From positions 180,482,001 through 180,546,000 of the forward strand of contig NC_042997.1 of assembly GCF_006345805.1 (NCBI RefSeq): a DNA stretch of 64,000 bases, read 5' to 3'. Positions 38,790 through 50,289 of this stretch are shown here, piece by piece (position 1 is the first letter of the stretch; each line of letters starts with the position of its first letter). Made by a program: the position numbers and the translations under genes. This stretch comes from Octopus sinensis. Lineage: Eukaryota. The notes beneath the pieces were generated by a model. It was not told where the DNA came from. It saw only the letters and a program-made list of their open reading frames with translations, and did no database searches.

Positions 38790-39768
38790 ATAGATATCAT
38801 TCATATGAACTAAAGGTGTGTTTCTACTAATGTTTACATCGGTATGTGCGCTCTATAACCGTGTTTACAAGGGGATTTTTAGAAAAAAAGAATAAAAAAT
38901 AGTTCAGAATTAAAGAGAAGACAGAATTCCTTGCCTTTATTATAAGAGATCGAAACTGAGAGAATCAACCAATCCAAATTAAATTGTTTATGGTGATCTT
39001 TTAGATACCAAATTAATTTACTAAGCCATGTACTGTTACGTTTATTGCTATCCCTAAATGTAGAATAATGGTTAGAAATCCTTTTATATAACTGAGATGA
39101 ACTGCCTGTATAAAAAAATACATCGGTATCTGAAGTAATTTTACACTGGTATATAGAATACTTAATTTTAGAGTTACTTGACATATACTTGATTATGTTG
39201 TAATTGACTTTAGATACCATAACCTTGTTATTAATATTTCTAGTGGGGTGGATGGTATTAGCTAAATTAATATTAGTATTAGTAAATGTATCCCTATTTA
39301 ATAAGCTAATATTATATGGATATATAATTTGTAAGAGATTTTTGTGTTGGAAAAACCAATCCTAACCGTATGTGAGTTGATAATAGAGTAATATCTAGAA
39401 TGCTTTGGAAAATTCCTAATAATAGCTTCAGGAAACTGCAAAGGAAGATTAGATTTAATTTGCCTCCCACAAGGAATAATTAACCAAATATTTTTACAAT
39501 TAGTTACCTTATTTTTAGTGAAACCATATTTGAAAGACATAGATTTACATTTAGAATGAAAATAGGGGGTTAAATAAGGGTTATCTTCCTTCCTTTGTTA
39601 GATGTTGGCGTATAAATTAAAATTGGTTTCATGTATCCGATAGTAAAGGTAGAATAAGATTGAATGGAATTATTGTAGCTTAATTTCTCTGTATAACATG
39701 CTTTAAGTAAGGCAGATTTATAAAATTCGGCCTTATTGAAAATGTCAACATTTGCAGTTAACTTAGAT
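38790..39768 (-). mobile_element. Penelope-like element 1, C-terminal part (thumb/linker + GIY-YIG endonuclease)
   Basis: NFPKHSRYYSIINSHTVRIGFS; SIYQCKITSDTDVFFYTGSSSQLYKRISNHYSTF...NSTWLSKLIWYLK...LDWLIL...FCLLFNSELF; terminal RCKH. Fits GIY-YIG plus the CCHH residues of PLEs. Confidence 0.8.
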
Positions 39769-41393
39769 AATCATCATCATCATCATCATCATCTTTTAAC
39801 GTCCGCTTTCCATGCTGGCATGGGTTGGACGGTTCAACTGGGGTCTGGGAAGCCAGAAGGCTGCACCAGGCCCAGTCTGATCTGGCAGTGTTTCTACAGC
39901 TGGATGCCCTTCCTAACGCCAACCACTCCGTGAGTGTAGTGGGTGCTTTTTATGTGCCATCGGCACAGGTGCCAGGCGAGGCTGGCAAACGGCCACGTTC
40001 GGATAGTGCTTTCTACGTGCCGCTGGCACGGAGACCAGACGAAGCTGGCAAGGGCCACGTGATTTTTACGTGCCACCGGCACGGATGCCAGTCGGGCGGC
40101 GCTGGCTACGGCCACGTTCGGATGGTTCTCTTACGTGCCACCGGTACTGGTATCACAGCTACAAATTCCATTGATGTTGACAGATTACGATTTTGATTTT
40201 GATTTTCACTTGCCTCAACAGGTCTTCACAAGTGGAGTTTTGTGTCCCAAGAAGGAAAGGAATGCATAAGTTGGCTGGCTACATCCCAGGTATAGGCCAC
40301 GGGATTCTGGCCTCTCTTGTCTTGCCGGGTCTTCTCACGCACAGCATACTTCCAAAGGTCTCGGTCTCTAGTCATTTCCTCGGCGAGACCTAAAGTTCGA
40401 AGGTCGTGCTTCACCACCTTGTCCCAGGTTTTCCTGGGTCTACCTCTTCCACAGGTTCCCTCAACCGCTAGGATATGGAACTTTTTCACACAACTATCTT
40501 CATCCATTCTCGCCACATGACCATACCAGCGCAAACGTCTCTCTTGCACACCACAACTGATGCTTCTTAGGTCCAAATTTTTTCTCAAAGTACTTACACA
40601 TTACACATTACACATCCATCGGAGCATACTGGCTTCATTTCTTGCAAGATTACACATATCCTCAACAGTCACGACCCATGTTTCACTGCCATGTAGCATA
40701 GCCGTTCGTACACATGCGCCGTACAATCTGCCTTTTACTCTGAGCGAGAGGCCCTTTGTCACCAGCAGAGGTAAGAGCTCTCTGAACTTTGCCCAGGCTA
40801 TTCTTACTCTAGCAGTTACACTTTCGGCGCACCCTCCCCCGCTGATGACTTGGTCACCTAGGTAACGGAAGCTATCAACTATTTCTAGTTTTTCTCCCTG
40901 GAATGTGGCGGAAGATGGTCTCTGCGTATTTTCAGTGTTTATTGCTCCCGAGCATCTGCCACATACAAAAACTATCTTCCCAGTTAGCCATCCTTTGACA
41001 TTGCTGCACCTCTTATGTGTCCATAGCTTACACTTGGTGCATCTTATAGAGTTTCTACCTACGCCTTTTCTACAGATCGAGCAGGGCCATCTACCTGAGG
41101 GTGTTTGTGATTTGTCTACCTCCTTACTTATTAGAACTTTGGTTTTAGCTAGGTTGACTCTAAGGCCCTTCGATTCTAATCCTTGCTTTCACACCTGAAA
41201 CCTCTCCTCCAGTTCTGACAGTGACTCAGCAATTAGGGCAAGGTCATCAGCATAGAGGAGCTCCCAGGGGCAACCTGTCTTGAATTCCTCCATTATTGCT
41301 TGGAGGACTATGATAAATAGGAGGGAGCTGAGAGGGCTTGGTGGACCCCAACCTCTACCAGGAATTCTTCACTGTACTCGTTGCGAAATGAAA
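39769..41393 (-). mobile_element. 5'-truncated RTE LINE with (ATG)n tail, inserted into PLE 1
   Basis: GVHQ..., LLYADDLAL (41243-41254 = YADD), FRYLG, LRWYGHVARM, GRGRPRKTW; premature stop near 41189; (CAT)n at 39770-39792 on +. Confidence 0.92.
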
Positions 41394-42292
41394 TCTAAAT
41401 GAAATATTCTTAACTAAGTTCCTAGTAATTACCCTAGAATGATTACTGAATTTGCTAATATACTTAAGATTGGTCGATGGTTTGTGGTATGGGAAGTACG
41501 AATTATTGTGTAAGTTAAGTGTAATAGCTAAAAACTTGGTCTTCGTTACATCATCGTCAAGAACGATGCTTAAGCCCACTCTACAGAAAAAAAACTTAAC
41601 TAAACTATTCTTAACTTTATGTACTTTTGGTCAGAAATATTTTGAAGGTAGAGTAAACAATCTTCACGATATAGACCTGCATTTATGTTTGGGAACTGTT
41701 CTGCGATTTCAAAAAGTATATATATATACAAACTAAATCAGCTACTTGTGCTGAATCAGAACTTCCCATTGTAACATCAAAACCATCTGGTGTGTCTTTA
41801 CGGACACACAAGTTATTGTCAAACTTTATGATAGATTTTCCTGCAGCGAACATAACATTATTTTCTTCCCTAGTAAGACCAGCTTTGTTATGAGCAAGCC
41901 AAAGTGCCTTATTAAGTAATATTTGGTTGATCGTTGAATAGAAATTAGAAATGTCAAGCTGGATAAATTTAGTGCTCCTCTTATTATAATAGAACTAAAC
42001 CAGTCGACGACTTGGAATGAATTGGACCATAAACTAAGTTTTAATTTTTTTATTTAGTGTAGGAACATATTTATCTTTAATATTTACTAAGTACACCGAT
42101 GTCAGAGATAGAAGAACAGATAAGTCTTAAGGAAGGGTTATTAAACAAATTTTGTTTATGATCTATCACAATAAAGCAAGGTTGCTTAGGATCAAGTAGT
42201 TCTGTCTTCATTTGTAAGTTATACTTCTCCATAATTTTCTCAGCCTCAAGGTTGGCTTTCTTAAGTACACTTTTATCGGTAAAACATTTATA
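41394..42292 (-). mobile_element. Penelope-like element 1, RT part
   Basis: FIVIDHKQNLFNNPSLRLI...SDIGVLSK; GFDVTMGSSDSAQVADLV (41735-41785); GLYRED (decayed YRDD); FLAITLNL...PYHKP...SNH. Confidence 0.85.
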
Positions 42293-42420
42293 GCTCAGAA
42301 TTTCTATCAAAATGACAAATATCACAAAACACTATGGATAACCTAATCCATTCCAGAGGTTTGAGACAAAATGCTGCTAAATGCAATATTTTCCGCGTTA
42401 ATAGTTAACAAAGGAAAAAT
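42293..42420. repeat. Short interspersed repeat, second copy at 44851-44975
   Basis: TATAGCTCAGAATTTCTATCAA.ATGACAAATATCACAAAA...TGGA.A.CCTAATCCATTCC occurs in both places, each starting at TA. Confidence 0.75.
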
Positions 42421-42445
42421 ACACACATGTATATATACATATATA

Positions 42446-42493
<48 letters not shown>

Positions 42494-42541
42494 TATGCAA
42501 TATATATATACATACATACATATACATATATATATATATAC

Positions 42542-42580
<39 letters not shown>

Positions 42581-42848
42581 CATATGTCTCTACATACTAG
42601 TCAGAAGATGCTAGCTTTAAGATAACTTGTTACATTGGTTTGATTTCATTTCATCATATATTCATATATATATGCTTAATTATGCAAATGGCATTCATGT
42701 GGGAAGAATGCAGAGAAGATATGAAATATGAATGAAGTCTGAACATCAATTTTCGAAAACATAATACAGAGCTATAATTGAATTGCAATTATGTTAAAAG
42801 TACGCACATTTAAAAAGTACTACCTAAATACTGCCAATAAATTTATAT

Positions 42849-42927
<79 letters not shown>

Positions 42928-42931
<4 letters not shown>

Positions 42932-43173
42932 AATTGCAGCGTGGAAGGTGTTTATAAGCCATTTAAGAAACACACAGAATGCGTTAGATTCACGTCAATA
43001 TTTAAATTTAATTTGTCAAAATATTTTCGTCACGGAATTTTGTAAGTGAACGGGTCGCAGTTTCAAAGCGACGAAAATACTTTGACAAATTAAATTTAAA
43101 TGTTGAAGTGAATCTAACGGATTTTGTGTGTTTCTTAAATGGCTTATAAACATCTTCCGCGCTGCAATTGTTT
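42928..43173. repeat. 246-nt fold-back element (~104-bp arms, 38-nt spacer) abutting (AT)n
   Basis: 42928-43031 vs 43070-43173 are reverse complements with a few substitutions. Confidence 0.9.
43040..43088 (+). ncRNA. Hammerhead-like motif with G3:C8 swapped core (decayed)
   Basis: UUGUAA-GUGAACG-G-GUCGC-loop-GCGAC-GAAA-AUAC-U-U-UGACAA. Stem II is a perfect 5 bp and stem I is 5/6. A9 and 16.2 are mutated; the inverted arm preserves GAAAAUAUUUUGACAA. Confidence 0.4.
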
Positions 43174-43428
43174 TTGTTCCAGCACACGAACACAGATCAG
43201 GTCACTTGCTATGCAAGTGCGTCTCCGTAATATATATATGGAAAAAAGTCAAGGTAGAAAATGCTAAAATAATTTTATTAAACACATTTCAGGACCGGTT
43301 TCACTCATTGAGACATTTTCAACTGTAAGTATGGAAATCAAGTAAATTTTGGAAAAATTAAAAAAGTTTTGTATAAGAATATTTGCATAATATTCAAATA
43401 CAAGGGGCATTTTCCTTCTTTCTGCCTG

Positions 43429-43477
<49 letters not shown>

Positions 43478-43599
43478 TGCTGTTGTGGGTTCGAGAATAA
43501 GAACCCACTTTTGTGGGCTCGAGAAGAAGAAGAAGAAGAAGAAGTAGAAGAAGAAGAAGAAGAAGAAGATGAAGAAGGAGGAGGAGTGCTTGGAAGTCC

Positions 43600-44712
43600 A
43601 TTTATAAGTGCTTGGAATTTTTTAAGTTACTGTATATTTTCATGCCAAAGATTGAAACAGTCATCCAGGTATCTGTTCCAGTTATTTTCTATGTAGAGGG
43701 AGAATGGGTTGCCGTATCTTTCTAGAACCTTACGATAAAGACTAATTTCTAGATATCTCATGACTAGGTTAGCAAAGGATGGAGCCATTCTCGTACTAAT
43801 CACACTCCCCGATTTTTGTCGATAAATGGTGACTTTGAAGACGAAGTAGTTATTTTCCAGGATGAATGTTATCCCTTCTATCACGAATTCTTTTATGATG
43901 CCATGTGGGAGAGCGTTGGCTTAATTCTCTGGTCAGAATTGAATTGCCTCTATTGCTAGGTTGTGGGGGATATTGGAATAGAGGTTGACTACATCGAAGG
44001 ATATTAGTAGGGCGTTTTTGTTTATTGTTTCAGGAAGATGATTGAGCATATCCAGGTTGTCCCTTATGTAGCTTTTGACATGCTTCAGGAATGGTTTTAA
44101 GAGGGTATCTAAAAAGTTACTGGGGTGGTGGGTTTGTATGCGGGACCTGCTATTATAGGTCTCAAATTGAGGACATTAGGAGTAGGGACTTTGATTATTA
44201 TGGCTGTGGCTATCTTGCATGCTTTACTTATTTTCCCATTTTTGTGTATCTTGGGAATAAAGTAGAATTGACAGGCTTTACTTTTGAAATTGGTCAGATA
44301 GTCATATTCTAAGTCGGTGAGCTCTTCTCTGTATAGATTTAACATGGATAATTTTCATTATTTTCTGCTGACTGTAGTAATAGTCCTTTTCATAATATTT
44401 TGTCTTCCAATATGGATATTACTAGAGTTATATAGAATACCGTGTCCATTAAGACAACTGAACTCCCTTTAACATACTTTTCGATTGTTATTGTTTTGTC
44501 ATCTTTTAATTTGTTCAGCTCAGCCCATTCTTTTTTTGCTGAAGTTTGGTTTGTGTTTTTGTTTGTGCATATGTTGATATGGGTAATTTGAGATGTGTTC
44601 ACAGAAATGATCAAGAGTTTTGTTCTTACCTTTTGAGGGGTTGTAGTTACTTCTATTTCGGACAAACGATTCGTCCTCGCTGTATTTGTCGTATAGCTCT
44701 TCAGCGTATACA
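43600..44712 (-). mobile_element. Penelope-like element 2, RT relic (different clade from PLE 1)
   Basis: KGSSVVLMD; FYFIPKIHK; LRPIIAGP; SYIRDNLDML; LISFDVVNLYSNIPH; RQKSGSVISTRMAPSFANLVM; WNRYLDDCF (43654-43674). No endonuclease seen. Confidence 0.85.
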
Positions 44713-46888
44713 TACACACAAATGTGTGTGTTTGTGTGTGTATGTGTGTGTGTGTGTGCGTCTATGTGTGTATGTGTGTCTGAGTGTGTTTGTGTGCGTG
44801 TGTATTTGTGTGTATGTGTGTATCGATGAATATATATATATATATATATAGCTCAGAATTTCTATCAATATGACAAATATCACAAAATATTATCATATGG
44901 ACAGCCTAATCCATTCCGGGCGATCTGTATGCTTACTTAGCAAACCAGAGTTTTGAAACAAAATACAGTTAGAGCTGTATATTGGGAAATAGTCATTGAG
45001 TTACATTGTGTGTGTGTATGTATGTATACATACACATACCCACACACACACACATATATACTTATGTGTGTGTGTGTGCGTGTGTATGCGCGTATGTGTT
45101 TAAATGTTTGTATGTATGTACGTGCGTATGCGTGTGCGTGTGCGCATCTATCAATGAATAGATGTGTTTGTGTTTATGCGTATCTAAAACTATCCAGTTC
45201 GTCTTAAGAATGTCAAGATACTTTTGTAAGGATGGAAATCACTTTTGCTTAATTAGAAAATTATATTGTCTCCAATCTGTCGTTGTGGCTTATCTTTCAA
45301 TAGTGAGTCCTGAAAGAGCAGATAATAAATATATATTGCCGAGAGCTTGGTTATGTGTAAAGATAAGCGCCATGGACCTTAAAATTAAGAAGTATATCTA
45401 CAAAATTTTTATTCAATACTCCTGAAATGACGAATAACCTCGGTTTATTTACTGAATATAAGTTAACACTTGATCAAATTTAAGTATTTTAATATAATTG
45501 GACATTTATAAGTTGTTCCATCATTTTTACGTTAGTTTACTAAAGATTCGTCTGCTTTCGTTTTATAGATTATTTTTCCGTCGATCTTACGTCAAGACTG
45601 AATTTTATCACGAATTAAAATGGAGCTATAAATTCAAAACTATAGTTCAACAACTTTTAATATCATATTTTACTGCTTCTATATGTCCGTGCAGCAGAGT
45701 CGAATTACCTTCCACGTGCTTGTTTTTGTTAGCTCTGACTATTCTTTTTGTCTAGACAACAATGTCTTTTCTCGACAATAATATACGTAATTTAGCAGTA
45801 AATTTACAGAAAACTGGCTGAATGCGGGCTTTCTTCGTGTATCATTTTCTGCTTGTGTTAATCTTTGAGAATTTATGTGTATGAGTGATTATTTCTATTT
45901 TAGGACTTGTAGATATATTGTCAAAGATCAACGAAGTCATTATAGCATAGATTCAAAAGGATTCAGATTTCTACGAGGAAATTCATGGCAATATATGATA
46001 TAAAGAAAGATAATAATTCAGAGATAGAGATTGAAAGACAGATTGATAATGAAAGACAACAGAAGAGTTGAGAGGCAAAGAACACATTAGGGAATGATTC
46101 AATAGTTCCTTGTTCTCAAACAAACATATTATGGCAAGACGGAAACGTTCATAAATCCAGGTCTGCAACTGCATATCTATTCCAACTTGATATTGAATTT
46201 TTAGCTGCTACCAATATACTAAGGAATGCATGAAAGTAATCAATCTAGATGCCGTGTGAGTAAAATGTAAAACATTTTTCTTTTGTGTAGCCATAAAAAT
46301 AAAGCCAGTACACACACACGCACACATGCATACATACATACATACATACATACATACATACATACACACACACATACATACATACATACATCCATACATA
46401 CATACATACATCCATACACATATGGTGACTTGCTGCTAAAGCATGTATTATTTCGTAGGAAAAGTCACTAAGAAAACTAGAAATAGAGCGAAATAACCAG
46501 AATTTCAATCGCCTCTAAGAGGGATACTTTATATTGTAAAATTAATGTTTTGCACAGAAGGAAATTTCGTCAAAAATACGAGCTTTCCGTAGTAAATTTA
46601 AATCTTCGAGAATCCCACGTGATTAAAAATAATTTGAAAATCTTCCCAATATAAGCTTCAAGTTTCCAGTTACGTGGTAATGTTTGATATCCGTATTAGG
46701 TAAACATGTTAATAACTTAACTGTTGTAAAATAGGCTACATATTGTTGAGGCATTTTCCTAAGTACCATAGTTATTACACGCGTTTTCTTTATTTCCATC
46801 ACATTGAAAACATGTATGTCTACATGTATCTATCTTTCTCTCTCTCTCTTTCTCTCTCCCTCTCTCTATATATATATATGTGTGTGCG

Positions 46889-46941
<53 letters not shown>

Positions 46942-46986
46942 GAGCTAATGAAGTGAATATTTTAGAAATACAAGTAAAAATGTTAT

Positions 46987-47048
46987 TTTCAACTGAAGAT
47001 CGCAGAGTATATTTCTCATGCAAAGCGTGAAATCAATTGATATTTAAA
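46987..47048 (+). ncRNA. Hammerhead-ribozyme-like motif (type I)
   Basis: UUUCAA-CUGAAGA-U-CGC...GCG-U-GAAA-UCAAUUGA-U-A-UUUAAA. Canonical core, 10-nt palindrome AUCAAUUGAU as helix III, stem I 5/6 bp. Confidence 0.55.
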
Positions 47049-47375
47049 CCAAACATACATTACTTACTGATGTATTCAACGCAAAGGTAAACCTATTTCT
47101 CACATGTTCATTGCATTGCTTGCGCGTAAATTTTTCGTGAACTCGTGGTGGTTTTCGGAGCATTGGCTCTGATTTTAGCAAATGGTATTATATACCCTAC
47201 TGAATCTAAATTTTTTAGCGAGAGAGAGAGAGAGAGAAATATACATACATGAAGTAATTCGCTTTTTAGCCGAAGTATATAAATTTTTAGTCGAAGTAAA
47301 TGAATTTATAATCATAGTGTGTAAGTTATGGGTTAAAACACTTTCACGTTCGCACGTATGGTTAAATTCTTGTGA

Positions 47376-47441
<66 letters not shown>

Positions 47442-48199
47442 GATTTATCTTGGCATGGATCGGTATATCGTTATGTAGCTACCAGAGAAGAGGTGGCCTC
47501 GAAGGTTCAAATTAATTACACTCTAGAGCGTTACTTCTACGTAACTTGTTCAACTTTTCTCATTATTTCCCTATTTGGATATCTCGGTTACATGTGCATG
47601 AGCTCATTATAACTGTCCCAGTGAATATGCAATATATTACTATCACCTGTGTCTATCTTGGAATAGTAGAAATCGCAGGTGTAGTTTATTATGGCATTCA
47701 ATAATGTTGTTTAAAACTAGCAATACTTGTTATTCATTTTGGTGGCTGCTTTATCAAAAGCTGTATGATAATAATATGTTCTGATTTATGATACAACTAC
47801 ATTCAAACTTATGCATTATTATTGTTTGTTTGAGGAAATATAGATATAATTCTATGATTTCTAACTCGTCTTACATTGCTCGAATTTTAATTGAAAGTGT
47901 TGAAAAAAGAATCGATGATTTCTATAATCTACGTAACGCCAGCGAATAAGATATTTAAGCAAAACAATGTCTGTTGTAAATATTATTCAAGTATAAAATT
48001 AATGCAGATGACACCTGCAATAAAAATATTTATAACATATATTTATACTTAAAAAACAAATTTATATGAATATATTCTACCCCTGTCATCTTTCCAACTT
48101 CCATCTTGGTATGCTTATCTCCCTTGCAATAAATGGTCCCAGAGCAAACTCATTTGAAATGGCAATGAAATTATTATCTCTATTTTTCTCACGCAAAAT

Positions 48200-48800
48200 C
48201 TGGAGGTGGGTGAGACAGAAACAAGCATACCTGGAAAGCTTTTTGAAGTAGAATAGGAACGAGAAGAAACAGTGACTCTAACCGAAATGGAAAAAGTGAC
48301 GCCAAGAGTGGAACATGGTAAACAAGCAAGAAGGCAGAGAAAACATAGTTGGAATTTTGTAACATATGCTAAGAACGTAAATACAGAAAAAAATTATAAC
48401 GAAACTGAAATCCGTTATAAGGGTTTAATTGCCCAAGGAGATATACGGTGATACTGTGAAAGCAATTTTAATCGACAAAGAAAAGTATAGCAAGTTGAAG
48501 GAAAAGTTTAATGTTGAACCACCGGAATTCCTGGAGGAGTTCGAGGAACTACGGCCAGTAGTAGACCTAAGTAAAATATAACGGTACTTAAAGTATTAAA
48601 AAAAAAGAGTCGATTGTTGTTTTGGAAAAAGGAAAAAAGGAAAAAAAGAGTAAACAAAATGATGCAAATAGTAAAAAAATCTCCGACAAAGAAAATGATT
48701 ATCAACTGAAAGTAAGAACGTTCAAATTGTACTGCATGTGAGTGGAGCGCATGCAGCCAATTCATCACCATCGATTTCATTATGCATTTTTTCATTTTTC
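48200..48800 (+). pseudogene. C-terminal part and 3'UTR of ORF1-like retroelement family
   Basis: RRQRKHSWNFVTYAKN / KEIYGDTVKAILIDKEKYSKL...LEEFEELRPVVDLSKI*RYLKY aligns with the 51814-52213 translation; 3' hairpin at 48732-48756. Confidence 0.65.
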
Positions 48801-48809
48801 ATTCATTGT

Positions 48810-50050
48810 GTTTTTTGTCGTCACATCTACTGGTACAGGTAAATTTATTTTCCTTTTTATTTCGTTTCTCATTTTTTGTTCGCCTTGTTATACGCTATCG
48901 CGTAATACATTTTTGAAGCAGGGGATTGGGGAATTTCGGGCACCTGGATGTCTGTGTCAGGAGGGGCAGGGTGAGGGTTGATGAATGCAGGGGAGGGTGT
49001 TACAGTCAGGTGAGAATAGGGTGGGGATTCACATTTTTCCTCAGTTCTTTTTCCTCTTTTTCTCTTTTTGGCTTTCATACTCCATTCCCTTAGTTTCCTT
49101 CTCCATTCTCCGGCTTCTCCTCACGCACACACAACGCCGCAGGATGTAGAGGTTCTGTTTCCTTATTTGTCACCCTTGCGCTTGGTGGAGGGCATTTTGC
49201 TTTTATGTGACCTTTTTATCCACATTTAAAGCATCGGGTCGTCATGCCCTCCACCATGACTCTCGGCTTTACATCCTCTCCGACTGAGTTGGTTTCCACC
49301 ATCTCCTCCAAATATTCCGGAGTACCCTGGATAATCATTGCCAATTTCTTGGTGGCAATCTTTTGGCCTAGAAGACCACAATCTTGTTCTCCATTCCCAA
49401 CGGGATAGCGGCTACCAGCCAGGCAACATCCACCTCAGGCGGGATCTCTTCTATCCTTAGGCGGGATCTCTGCTATCCTTAGGCGAGGAGCGCGTCTTCC
49501 CAGGTATATGGGAAGAAGGACCACCTCGTTTGTTTTAAGGGGAGTCATGCTGCCTGGCTGACGCAAATCGCAATCCACCGTTGCATATTTCCTTCCTCTC
49601 GTGAGTTATTTTACCTCTTTCTATAGTAGCCTCAAAACCCTTTCTACCTGTGATTTAGTTGCGACCTTTATACGCTGAAATTTCAAACTTTGTTTTATAC
49701 AGTATTGTACTCTTTTTCCTTTCAACCGTTGTTTCACGGGGAGGGGACACATTGACGTCTTTCCCTTCCCTTTTAAGCATTTCTTTACATCTACTCAATT
49801 TCTCCAGGTACACGTCTTTACTTTTCTCTTTCACTGCCTCTGCAAAATTCTTCGACTGCATTACCTTGTCCATTCTATTCAGACTTTTAACCAGGCTCTC
49901 CTCGGACGACGAGCTAATATTTTTCGTTATCATCTCCAGTACCGCGCATTCACCTTCAAACAAGGGGGGAAAAGTGTCAACAAGGCCGCCGTAAGCAGCA
50001 AAACAAGGTGTCGTTAGACACAAAACAGTTAAAACAATTTAAAAAACAAA
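48810..50050 (-). pseudogene. N-terminal/central part of LINE ORF1-like protein (RRM-like + CCHC knuckle)
   Basis: KNFAEAVK; LRIAEIPP[22-bp duplication]EVDVAWLVAAI; RVMVEGMTTRCFKCG*KGHIKAKCP (49192-49233). Confidence 0.7.
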
Positions 50051-50289
50051 ATATTAACAAACAATTTAACTCACAGAAACATTCAAGATGCTAAACAAAC
50101 CTTACTACTACTGAGTTCCTACAACGACTGCCTCTCTTACTTTATAACGGTTGTTAATACCACTTTGTCACGTGGAAAGGGGGATATCATTTTCACTACA
50201 ACAACAACACTTTTACTGATTTTTTTTTTCTTTGAGAAGCAAGTAATTTTATATTACTTTATTCACCTCTCCTGCCTTTTTAGCGTTTT

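Noticed and set aside
41243-41254. CTGATGA/CTGAAGA matches here and at 22858, 31319, 40843 and 44699
   Set aside because: They fall in or opposite TE coding sequence (for example YADD codons) and lack the partner strands.
47482-47507. CCAGAGA-A-GAGG-TGG-CCTC-GAAGGTT
   Set aside because: Spacing and stem II mimic the minimal hammerheads, but several core positions and stem I are wrong; at best a dead copy.
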